Positions 49,453 to 58,357 of a stretch of 64,000 bases of DNA are shown in pieces. The stretch is from assembly GCA_046292385.1 (NCBI GenBank), contig JBKBRF010000034.1:14179-78178 (forward strand). Direction: 5' to 3'. The notes below the pieces were generated by a model. That model saw only the letters and a program-made list of their open reading frames with translations. It ran no database searches and was not told the DNA's origin. This stretch comes from Armatimonadota bacterium. GTDB lineage: Bacteria > Armatimonadota > SYMT01. The position numbers were made by a program, and so were the translations under genes. The number at the start of each line of letters is the position of its first letter. Position 1 is the first letter of the stretch.

Positions 49453-51228
49453 CTACTTCGCCTTTTCGTAGTGGGCCGCCAGCTCTGCCTTGTGCTCCGG
49501 ATTCACCGCTACGTGATAGCGGCGGCTGCCCGCTTCGGTTTCCGGCCGCCAGGTGATCCGCAGCGAGTCGTAGAGCCGCCCGAGCGAGTACTCCAGCACC
49601 TTGCGGTCCCAGTCGCGAGACGGGCGCTTCACATCAAAGGTCACGCCCATGGTGTGGAACTCCGGGTCTCGCGGCACGTCCGGCGGCAGCGGCGCCAGCG
49701 GATACCGGGCCCGGAACTTCTCCCGGTAGCTCTCCGTCTCGACCATCGAGAGCAGCACCAGTGGCTCGCGGCCGCCGTGCTGGCGGTAGATCGCGGCGAG
49801 CCGCAGGAGGGCGCCCATCGCTTCCGGGCGGAGCCCCTTGTGGAGCTTCTCGCTGGAGGGCTGGAGCGCGGCCAGGTTCTGCGTGCGCACGCCCAGCTTG
49901 ACCGCTGAGGCAGGCAGCGGCACCAGCGTCCCGGAGCGATACCCCTCCGCCAGCTCCCGGTCGCTGGAGAACGAGAGCGGGCTCGGATCGGCGTACCAGA
50001 CCGCGTCCGAAGAGAGGCCCGGCTGCAGTGCCTGCCACTCCTTCTTGAACGCCTCCGGGTCTTCCCGGTAGAGGTTCAGCGCCCGCTCCGCCATCAGCAC
50101 CTTCCACCAGTAGTAGCGGTGGTCGTCGCTGCGGCCGAAGAGGTAGCCGAACGCCCCGGGGGTGCCGGTGGGGCTGACCCGCCGGTAGAGCTCCGCGTAG
50201 GGAAGCCAGCGGCCGTCCCCGCCGAGAGTGTAGCCGCGGCTGGCGAGCTGCGTGCGGGAGCCGAGACCCTCCGCGAAGAGACTTATGGTGCGCGACGCGC
50301 CGCCCTCGCCGCCGTGGTAGGCCTGGAGCGCCCAGTCGACCCCGCCGTAGCGGCGGGTGAGCCGGACCAGGTACTTCGTCTGCGCGCGGATCGCCTTGAA
50401 CGGATCGAACCGCTCGTCGGCCTGGCGCCGCTGCTGGATGAGCCGCTCCCGCTGGCTGCGCCGGTAGTCGAGCCACTGGTCGCGAGTCCACACGTCGGTC
50501 TTCGGAGCGGGAGCGACGCCCGGCATCTCGGAAGCGTCGGTGCCGGCGCTGGCGAGCTGGAGCTGCGACTGCTTCTTTGCCAGCCGGTCCGCATACGGAC
50601 GCAGCGCCACCGGCACCGGGCGGGTCCAGCTCTCGGCCTGCGCCTGCAGCCAATCGATCTCGCGCTCCACCCCGGCGATCTCCCGGGAGAGGCGGTTGGA
50701 AGCGCCGAGGTCGACCTTCAGCCCGCACGAGCGGCCGGTGCTGGCGAGGAACTGCGCCACGCCGATCGCGTCGGCCACGGAGCGGGCGTTCGGATCGCCG
50801 CCCGACTCGAGGAGGAGGTCCGCTTCCTGCTTGCCCTTGAAGTAGTCGCGGTACTCCGCCAGCGACATGCCGGACTGCTTCGCCAGCGCCTTCATGTCGG
50901 CCTGGACCTCCGGCATCTCGTGCGCCTTGTCCAGCAGCGGGCGGATGGTGGTGGCGACGCGGCTCACCATCTCGAGCGAGTTCAACCGCCCCATGATCCG
51001 CTTCTTCTGGGCCAGCACCACGCTCTCCGCGTCCGCTTCCGGGACGGCGGTGAGGGCGGGGTCGCTGCTGGGCGACTTCGTCTCCGTGCGGGTGGTCGCC
51101 TCGGCGAGCTGCCCGGACGGAGACGGTCCGCTCCCCAGGAGCCGTCCGGCGCCGAATCCGGCGACTGCCAGACCCGCCGCGCCGGCGGCGCACATCCAGC
51201 CACGCGACCCTTGCAGGAACGCTTGCAT
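49453..51228 (-). CDS. Membrane-anchored lytic transglycosylase (SLT)-like protein with a probable DUF5715-like C-terminal domain
   Basis: N-terminal TM; LLESGGDPNARS...A.GVAQF (catalytic ES), ALQAYHGG; C-terminal L.SMV..H..G.TFDV..E...YH. Confidence 0.65.
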   Translation of the reverse strand: MQAFLQGSRGWMCAAGAAGLAVAGFGAGRLLGSGPSPSGQLAEATTRTETKSPSSDPALTAVPEADAESVVLAQKKRIMGRLNSLEMVSRVATTIRPLLDKAHEMPEVQADMKALAKQSGMSLAEYRDYFKGKQEADLLLESGGDPNARSVADAIGVAQFLASTGRSCGLKVDLGASNRLSREIAGVEREIDWLQAQAESWTRPVPVALRPYADRLAKKQSQLQLASAGTDASEMPGVAPAPKTDVWTRDQWLDYRRSQRERLIQQRRQADERFDPFKAIRAQTKYLVRLTRRYGGVDWALQAYHGGEGGASRTISLFAEGLGSRTQLASRGYTLGGDGRWLPYAELYRRVSPTGTPGAFGYLFGRSDDHRYYWWKVLMAERALNLYREDPEAFKKEWQALQPGLSSDAVWYADPSPLSFSSDRELAEGYRSGTLVPLPASAVKLGVRTQNLAALQPSSEKLHKGLRPEAMGALLRLAAIYRQHGGREPLVLLSMVETESYREKFRARYPLAPLPPDVPRDPEFHTMGVTFDVKRPSRDWDRKVLEYSLGRLYDSLRITWRPETEAGSRRYHVAVNPEHKAELAAHYEKAK

Positions 51229-51580
51229 ACCTCGGCCTCCTTCGGGGGAATTGCTTCGGGGGAGCTCGCCCTCAGTATCCTGGATGCTCGGAGGGCTGTC
51301 AACGAAGGGGGACCCGCCTCCCCGTGCCGTACCCGGGCGCCAGCTCGCCCGTTCTACAAGCGTCTCGGCGGCGCGCTAGAGTGCCTTTCCCGCCCTCGCT
51401 GCAGGTTGGCAGGTTACAGGTGCCGAGCCCCGGCCCCGGTGGTCTCAACCTGCAACCTGCTAACTTGCCAACCTGCAACGAGGGCTTACGGCATTTGAAG
51501 CGGCGGTTACAGGTGCCGGGCGGCTCCGAGACGAACGTGGTTCTGTCCCGTTACCGGTATCGAAGGGAAGAGCAGGCAGG

Positions 51581-53152
51581 ATGGCGTCGCGCTGGGCAAT
51601 CGACCTCGGGACTACGAACACCGTTGTGGCAATGGAAGAGTTCGGGAGCGTCCGCGCGGTGACGCTTCCCGGGGTGGGGCGAACCCTTCCGGTGGAGCAA
51701 TCGCCGCTCATCCCTTCGGCCGTGCACATTACCGATAGCTACGAGCGGTGGCTCTACTTCTTCCGCCGTCGCCGCCGGAACGTGAGCATCGGACAGCAGG
51801 CGCTGAGCCGCAACTTCGACGGCCGCTCGCCCGCCTTCGCGCAGAGCTTCAAGCCGGTCCTCGCCACCCAGCCGCACAAGCCGCTGCTGCGGGTGGGGGA
51901 CCGGGAGGAGCTGACCGCGCGGGACGTGACCTTCCATTTCCTGCGGGAGCTCCTGGCCCGGCTCCGGGAGCAGCACGGGGCGCATCCGCAGGACCTGACG
52001 ATCCCGGCGCCGGTCGGCTACTTCGACCACTACCGCGCGGAGCTGAGCTCCATGGTCAAGCGGCTCGGCGTGAAGCGCTTCCGCTCGCTCGACGAGCCGG
52101 TGGCGGCGGCGCTCGGCTACGGCGTGAACGTGGCGCGGGAAGAGTCGCTGCTGGTGGTCGACTTCGGCGGCGGCACGCTCAACCTGGCGGTGGTGCGGCT
52201 GGGACCGCGCACGGCGGAGACCGGCAAGGCCGATGTGGTGGCCAAGCACATGGTGAGCGTGGGCGGCAACGACGTGGACCACTGGCTGGTGGAGCACCTG
52301 GTCGCCTCGGAGCTGCGGGAGATCCCGGAGTGGTACAAGGACATCCACTGGGAAGCGATGTTCGTGAAGGAGCGGGTGAGCCAGCAGGGAAGCGCGGAGT
52401 TCCGCTGGGGCGGGATCCAGCGCCACGTGACGCGCGACGACCTGGTGGGAGTGCTCGACCGCCACGGCCTCTACGAGCAGCTCCGCATCGCGCTGCGCGA
52501 CATTCAGCGGCAGCTCGCCGAGGACCCGATGATCCCGGTGAACGGGGTGGACGAGGTGCTGATGGTCGGCGGCTCCACGCTGCTGCCGGAGGTGCCGGCG
52601 GTGGTGGACGAGGCGTTCCCCCAGGCAATCGTGCGGCACGACCCGGACTTCGTATTCCAGTCGGTCGCCCTCGGCGCGGCACGGTACGCGGGCGGCACCG
52701 CGCTGGAGGACTTCGTCTACCACGACTACGCCATCGCCGTGCAGAACGAGAAAACGCGGAGCCAGGAGTACGAGCTGCTGGTGCCCCGCCGCACCCGCTA
52801 TCCCACCACCTCCGACTTCGCGGTCCGCTACTACGCGGACTACCCCGGCATGAACGAGGTCCGGTTCAGCGTCTGCGAGGTCGGCCGCCTGGGGCAGTCG
52901 CCGGTCTCCTGGGAGCAGCGTCCCAACGCCAACCGGTACTGGTGCCCGCAGGACGAGCGGGAGCGCGCGATGGTGGTGCTGCTGAACCCGGCGGACGAGG
53001 CGGTGCCGCTCCGGCCGCCGGGACAGGGCGCCTCGGCCCGGCTGCGGGTGACCTACAACATCAACGCCGACCGCTGGCTCTGCGTGACCGTGGAAGACCT
53101 GGTGCGCAAGCAGGTGCTCAAGGAGAACGAGCCGGTAGTCCGCCTGAGGTGA
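51581..53152 (+). CDS. Atypical Hsp70-family protein (NBD plus SBD-beta-like domain, no helical lid)
   Basis: AIDLGTTNT, DEPVAAALGYG, VVDFGGGT, GGNDVD, VGGSTLLP; LVPRRTRYP..RVTYNINADRWL.V.V.D. Confidence 0.88.
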   Translation: MASRWAIDLGTTNTVVAMEEFGSVRAVTLPGVGRTLPVEQSPLIPSAVHITDSYERWLYFFRRRRRNVSIGQQALSRNFDGRSPAFAQSFKPVLATQPHKPLLRVGDREELTARDVTFHFLRELLARLREQHGAHPQDLTIPAPVGYFDHYRAELSSMVKRLGVKRFRSLDEPVAAALGYGVNVAREESLLVVDFGGGTLNLAVVRLGPRTAETGKADVVAKHMVSVGGNDVDHWLVEHLVASELREIPEWYKDIHWEAMFVKERVSQQGSAEFRWGGIQRHVTRDDLVGVLDRHGLYEQLRIALRDIQRQLAEDPMIPVNGVDEVLMVGGSTLLPEVPAVVDEAFPQAIVRHDPDFVFQSVALGAARYAGGTALEDFVYHDYAIAVQNEKTRSQEYELLVPRRTRYPTTSDFAVRYYADYPGMNEVRFSVCEVGRLGQSPVSWEQRPNANRYWCPQDERERAMVVLLNPADEAVPLRPPGQGASARLRVTYNINADRWLCVTVEDLVRKQVLKENEPVVRLR

Positions 53153-53156
53153 CGCG

Positions 53157-54167
53157 ATGGAGAGTGATCGTGCGGTACTCGGGAGATTCCTCTCGGACCT
53201 CAGCCACCCCAATCAGAGGCGTCGAGAGGAAGCGATAGCCGGAATCGCCCGCCTCGGCGAGGAAGCTATTCCCGGAGTGTGCCACGTCGCACTGAAGGGA
53301 ACCACGGTCGCCCAGCAAGCGGCGATGAAGGCGCTCACCGCGCTCGCGTCTCCGCAGGCGGTAGAAAGGCTGGCGCGGGTACCCGGCTTCGAGTGGACGG
53401 ACGAGCTCAACACCCGAATCCGGATGTTGGCCGCCTGCGGACCTCCCGCGGCTCCGGAGCTGGTCCGCGCCCTCTCCGTGGATGACAGCGCCACGTGGAT
53501 TGCCTTGATGGCGCTCCGGCGAATGGGAGTGGATGCGGTGCCGGCGCTGTGCGACGGCCTGGTTTCCCGCTTCTCGCGTACTGTCACCTCCAGCGCCAGA
53601 CTGCTGGGCGAGATCGGGAATGCGCTCGCGGTGGAGCCGCTCTCCCGTGCGATGCTCCGGACGGAGCCGGAGGTACGCCGGGAAGCGGTGCTCGCCCTCG
53701 GGAAGCTGGGCTGCGATGGGGCGCGTGAGACACTCCGGCAGGCGGTCGCCGCGCCGGATCTCGGTCCCCTCGCCGCGCTGGCGCTGGTGGAGCTGGGGCA
53801 TGGGAGCGACGAGCTGGTCCCGCCCCTGGTCCGCGTGCTGCAGGATCACGACTCGCGAGTCCGCGTCCGCGCGGCCCGAGCCCTGGAACGGCTGGCGGAA
53901 GCGGAGGCGCCGCTCTCGCTGCGAAGCGCGCTCGGCCCGCTGCGGCGGCTTTCCTGGTCGTGGCTAATCGACGGCGACGAGCGCGCGCTCTGCCGGCACG
54001 TCGCGGAACGGATCCGCGCGGCTACCGTTGGAATATCGGATCTGCCGATCCCGCGCCGGGCCGGCGACACCGATTCGCTGCCCGTTCCCGCGGAGCCGGC
54101 GGAAACTCGCGAAGAGTCGCTGCCTCGTCCGAGCCGCGAGTATGAGCGTGGATCCCAGGGCGCATAA
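53157..54167 (+). CDS. HEAT-repeat protein 1 of 8
   Basis: PEVRREAVLALGKLG, DSRVRVRAARAL; tail DLPIP-SLPVP-SLPRP. Confidence 0.85.
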   Translation: MESDRAVLGRFLSDLSHPNQRRREEAIAGIARLGEEAIPGVCHVALKGTTVAQQAAMKALTALASPQAVERLARVPGFEWTDELNTRIRMLAACGPPAAPELVRALSVDDSATWIALMALRRMGVDAVPALCDGLVSRFSRTVTSSARLLGEIGNALAVEPLSRAMLRTEPEVRREAVLALGKLGCDGARETLRQAVAAPDLGPLAALALVELGHGSDELVPPLVRVLQDHDSRVRVRAARALERLAEAEAPLSLRSALGPLRRLSWSWLIDGDERALCRHVAERIRAATVGISDLPIPRRAGDTDSLPVPAEPAETREESLPRPSREYERGSQGA

Positions 54168-54193
54168 CCGGAGCGGAAGGGTCCCACAGGAAC

Positions 54194-55651
54194 GTGATGC
54201 AGAGCGATCCCGTCCAGAGCCAGGTCGAGCACCAGATCGCGCGGCTGGACGCGCCGCACCCCGGCGCGCGGCGGGAGGCGTTCGACGCGCTCGCCCGCGC
54301 TGGCTTCGCCGCGGTTCCTCCGCTCTGCACGGTGCTGAAAGAGGGGAGCGTGCGGGCACGCATCGCCGCGGCGCACCTGCTCGCGGTGATCCGGGAACCG
54401 GAGAGCGTGCCGGCGGTGATGGAGGCGGTCTGGGACCCCCACCTCGCCGTACGCCGCGCCGCCATCGCTGCGCTGGGGACGATGCAGGCCGCGGAAGCGG
54501 TCACGGTGCTGATCGAGGTTGCCCGCTTGCCCGCGGCGGCCTGCCGCGAGGACGTGCTCCGAGCCCTGGCAAAGATCCACGACCCGCAAACCGTACCCGC
54601 GCTTTGCCGCTTTCTGACGGAGGGCGGTTCGAGAGCGGTGATCGTCGAGGCGCTGGCGGCCAGCGGTGATCCCGCCGCCGTTCCCGCGCTCGCCAAGCTG
54701 CTGGGCTCCGCTCCGTCCTCGGCGGCAGACATTATCTCTGCCCTGGCTCGCATCCCGCACCCGGATGCCGCAGCCGCGCTCCTACAAGGCCTCGACCGTG
54801 CCGGCGGGACACTCCGGCTGCGGATCGAGGCCTTGCAGGGCCTCGGTGCGGCGGCAGTACCGGCGCTAATCGACGCCCTGGGCGGTCCGGCGGATGCGGC
54901 GAATCTCTCGGAGAACCTTCTGAGCTCCATGGGGGATTCAGTCACTCCGGCACTCAGCGAAGCGCTGTCTGCCCCGGCCGACTACCGGAGCCATGCAGCC
55001 TGGAACCGCCGGTTCCGGGTGATACGCCTGCTCGCATCCTGCGGGTCTCCGGCGGTTCGCCCCCTGGTAGGAACCCTCCGGGACCCCGCACCGCAGGTCC
55101 GCAAGGCGGCGGCGCTGGCGCTCGGGCTGATCGGGCAACCGAAGGCAATTCCTTCCCTGTGCCCGCTGCTGCAGAGCCAGGCCCCGGGGATCCGCGAGGC
55201 CGCAGCAGTGGCGCTCGTGGAGTGTGGAGCCGCGGAGGAGGAGTTGATCGAGCACCTGGTGCGCGGACTGGAATTGACGGTCCCCAATGATCTCCTTCCA
55301 CGAGCCGCGGCAGCACTCACCCGGATCGCGAGGGACGCGCCCTGCTCGCGGCTCAGGCTCGCCCTGCCGGCGCTCCGACGCATCGCCCGCAACTTCTTCC
55401 GCCCGACCGCTGAGCGGTCGGCCGCTCGGGAGGCGGTTTCCGCCATCGAGGCGGCGACGGCCGGTCTCTCCGACCTTCCGTTACCTTCCAGCGGAGCGGG
55501 TGGGGAGGCAGCCCTGCCGCTCCCGGCGCGGGCAGCCTCGGCCACCGCTCCGGAGTCGCTGCCGCGCCCGCAGCCGGCTCCCGAGACTGCGGGGGCTGCC
55601 GGCGACTCTCCCGGCGACGACTTCAACCTGACACGATCTACGTATGGCTAG
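54194..55651 (+). CDS. HEAT-repeat protein 2 of 8
   Basis: AVRRAAIAALG, PQVRKAAALALG.IG; tail DLPLP-ALPLP-SLPRP. Confidence 0.85.
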   Translation: MMQSDPVQSQVEHQIARLDAPHPGARREAFDALARAGFAAVPPLCTVLKEGSVRARIAAAHLLAVIREPESVPAVMEAVWDPHLAVRRAAIAALGTMQAAEAVTVLIEVARLPAAACREDVLRALAKIHDPQTVPALCRFLTEGGSRAVIVEALAASGDPAAVPALAKLLGSAPSSAADIISALARIPHPDAAAALLQGLDRAGGTLRLRIEALQGLGAAAVPALIDALGGPADAANLSENLLSSMGDSVTPALSEALSAPADYRSHAAWNRRFRVIRLLASCGSPAVRPLVGTLRDPAPQVRKAAALALGLIGQPKAIPSLCPLLQSQAPGIREAAAVALVECGAAEEELIEHLVRGLELTVPNDLLPRAAAALTRIARDAPCSRLRLALPALRRIARNFFRPTAERSAAREAVSAIEAATAGLSDLPLPSSGAGGEAALPLPARAASATAPESLPRPQPAPETAGAAGDSPGDDFNLTRSTYG

Positions 55652-55711
55652 TCCTTCAAACGTTCATATGCGCCAGCTCTCCGCTTCCTCGCCGGGCGCG
55701 TCCACACCGAA

Positions 55712-57127
55712 ATGCTAAGCTCGACGCCCGGTGAACTGGAACGCGCTGCCGCCCGGCTGGGGTTCTGGTATCCGCCGGAGCGCCGACGGGCGGCGGCCAC
55801 CCTGGAGCGAGCAGGCGCCAGTGCCGTGCCGGTGCTGGCGCGGGTGCTCCGGCGCGGCTCCGGCCCCGCCCGGTCCGCGGCGGTGCGGCTGCTCTCCGCC
55901 CACTACCTGGCCGAGGTGGAAGGGCTGCTGATCGAGGCGCTAAGAGACCGCGCGCCGACCGTGCGCCGGACGGCGATGCGCGCACTCGGCCTGCGGAGGT
56001 CCACGGCAGCGCTCCCCGCGCTGCTGGGGATGGTGAAGTCCGGCCCGGCGAGCTGCCGGGAAGCCGCCATCCGTGCCCTGGGGCGGATTGGAGACCCTCG
56101 GGCGGCACCGGTGCTGCTCGAGATCCTGGCGCGGGACTCGCTGCGGACTACCGTGGTGGAGTCGCTCGGAATGATCGGAGAGCCGATCGCCGTCCCCGCG
56201 CTGGTGGCGATCCTGGGCGAGCAGGGCCCCTCCGAGCTGCAGCACGTCATCCTGGCACTCGGGCGCATCCGGCATCCCGACTCAGCGGCGGCGCTGGTCG
56301 ACTACGCCACCCGGCAGCGTTGGACCGCCCCTGCGATCCGCCAGCCGCTGCTCCGCCTCGGCCAATGCGCCGTGCCGGCCCTGATCGACGCGCTCGACCG
56401 GGACCGCACGACGGTCGTCTTCGCGTCCGAGCTGCTCCAGGAGTTGGACGAGGAGGCGGTGCCGGGGCTCCTCGAGGCGCTCGATCGCCCTGCGGCGACG
56501 GAGGGCGGGAGCTGGCGGCGCCGCGCCCACGCCGCCCAGGTGCTCGGCGCGATCCGCAGCCCCGCGTCGACCCCGGCGCTCATCCGGACTCTCGCTGATC
56601 CGACAGTGCAGGTCCGCTTCGAGGCGGCCCTCGCGCTGGGGGAGTTGGGCGATCCCGCGGCCTGTCCGGCGCTGCGGACGCTGCTGCCGGATGAGGCGCC
56701 GTCGGTGCAGGCAGCGGCAGCGGTCGCCCTGATCCTCTGTGAAGGCTACGAGGAGGCGCTGATCCCCCTGGTCGTCGGCGGCCTCGACCGCAGCCACCCG
56801 GAGTTCCTGCGGCGGCGCGCCCTCCGGGCGCTGCTGCAATTCACCCGAGCGGCGCCGACGCCCGCGCTCCGAGCGGCGATCCCGCGCCTGCGCGCCGCCC
56901 TGCATCCGATGGGCGCTGCGGCCGGCGAGCGAGACACTGTCCGCAGGGTGCTGAGCGAGATCGAGGCCGCTACCGGCAACCTGGCTGCCCTGCCGCTGCC
57001 GGCGGCGGGCCTCGAGGCGCAGGCGGACCAGCTCCCGCGCCCGGCCGCCGCGCCGGACGGCGCGCCGCACTCGCTCCCCAGGCCGGCCCCGGCGGCCGAT
57101 CACGAGCCGGAGTTCCTGGTCCCATGA
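55712..57127 (+). CDS. HEAT-repeat protein 3 of 8
   Basis: CREAAIRALGRIGDPRA, VRFEAALALGELGDP; tail ALPLP-QLPRP-SLPRP. Confidence 0.85.
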   Translation: MLSSTPGELERAAARLGFWYPPERRRAAATLERAGASAVPVLARVLRRGSGPARSAAVRLLSAHYLAEVEGLLIEALRDRAPTVRRTAMRALGLRRSTAALPALLGMVKSGPASCREAAIRALGRIGDPRAAPVLLEILARDSLRTTVVESLGMIGEPIAVPALVAILGEQGPSELQHVILALGRIRHPDSAAALVDYATRQRWTAPAIRQPLLRLGQCAVPALIDALDRDRTTVVFASELLQELDEEAVPGLLEALDRPAATEGGSWRRRAHAAQVLGAIRSPASTPALIRTLADPTVQVRFEAALALGELGDPAACPALRTLLPDEAPSVQAAAAVALILCEGYEEALIPLVVGGLDRSHPEFLRRRALRALLQFTRAAPTPALRAAIPRLRAALHPMGAAAGERDTVRRVLSEIEAATGNLAALPLPAAGLEAQADQLPRPAAAPDGAPHSLPRPAPAADHEPEFLVP

Positions 57128-58353
57128 GCCATCTCGCTATCCATCCACACCTGGCGGCGCTGATCGAAGCGAACGTGGCGCAGCTCGAGAGCGAGGACGC
57201 GGGGGAGCGCGAGGAGGCGGTACGGCGCCTGGTGAGCTGCGGCGACGCCGCGGTGCGCGACCTGTGCCGGGTACTCGAGAGCGGCTCCGATGCCGTGCGG
57301 ATTGCGGCCTGCCGGGCGCTGCGGCAGCTCCGCTCCCGCCAGGCGACCCCGCCGCTCTGCCGCGCCGCGACCAGTCCCGCACCGGAGGTCCGGCGGGCGG
57401 CCCTGGAGGCGCTCGCCGTGGCGGGGGAGGAGCCGGATCTCTCCGGAGAGGAGGGCGAGCGCGCCTTCGAAGCGGCGAAGCTGCTGGCGCGGATGGAGGA
57501 TCGGCCGGCGCTGCCGATCCTGCTGGGGCTGCTCCACCCGGGCGGCGGCGAGGCATTCGCGTCAGAGGCCCCCACGGTGGATCCGGAGGCGCTGCGGCAG
57601 CTGGGGGCCCGGCAGCCGGGCTTCCTCGCGCGGCTCTGCGTCGACGAGACCTTCGCCTGCGAGGCGCTGGACGAGGCGGTGGTCGCCCTGGGCGACTCAG
57701 GCGAGCGCCCGCTGCGGATGGTGCTGAAGCGGCCCGACCGCTACGATGCGGCCGCGCGGCGGCGAGCGGTGCGGGTGCTCGCGCGGATGCCGGACAACGC
57801 GATCCCGCTGGCGCGGGCGCTCTCCGACCCGGAGGCTAGCGTTCGCGAGGAGGCGGCGCTGGCCCTCGGCTCCTTTACAGAAGAGTCGGCGAGGCAGGCA
57901 CTCCTCGCCGTGCTGCAGAGCGAGCGAGAGGAGGAGAGCGTCCGAGCGTGCGCGGCCATCGCGCTCCTGGAGCATGGGGAAGTGCTCCCCGCGGCTCTCC
58001 AGCGGGTAGCACGCGTCCTCGGGCGCGACCCGCGGCTGAACGAGCGCGCCGTGCGAGCGCTGGTCCGCGTGGCGCAGTCCGGCGCGCTCGTCGACCTGAA
58101 CCCGGCCATCCGGAGACTGAGCCAGCTCTGCCGCGCCTGGACGCTCCCCGCGGAGGAAAAGGCGCTCTACCAGGAGGCACTGCGAGAGATCCAGGCGGCA
58201 GGCGACCGCCTGACCGACCTGCCGCTGCCGTCCCAGCGGCCGCCCGTCGACGCCAGCGCGCTCCCCCGGCCAGCGATGGAGAGCCGGACCTCCGCCGAGC
58301 AGCTGCCGAGACCGTCCGCCGGACCGGCCGGCACCGGGGAGTGGGAGGGCTAA
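57124..58353 (+). CDS. HEAT-repeat protein 4 of 8
   Basis: PEVRRAALEAL, DPEASVREEAALALG; tail DLPLP-ALPRP-QLPRP. Confidence 0.85.
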   Translation: MSHLAIHPHLAALIEANVAQLESEDAGEREEAVRRLVSCGDAAVRDLCRVLESGSDAVRIAACRALRQLRSRQATPPLCRAATSPAPEVRRAALEALAVAGEEPDLSGEEGERAFEAAKLLARMEDRPALPILLGLLHPGGGEAFASEAPTVDPEALRQLGARQPGFLARLCVDETFACEALDEAVVALGDSGERPLRMVLKRPDRYDAAARRRAVRVLARMPDNAIPLARALSDPEASVREEAALALGSFTEESARQALLAVLQSEREEESVRACAAIALLEHGEVLPAALQRVARVLGRDPRLNERAVRALVRVAQSGALVDLNPAIRRLSQLCRAWTLPAEEKALYQEALREIQAAGDRLTDLPLPSQRPPVDASALPRPAMESRTSAEQLPRPSAGPAGTGEWEG

Positions 58354-58357
58354 CTCG

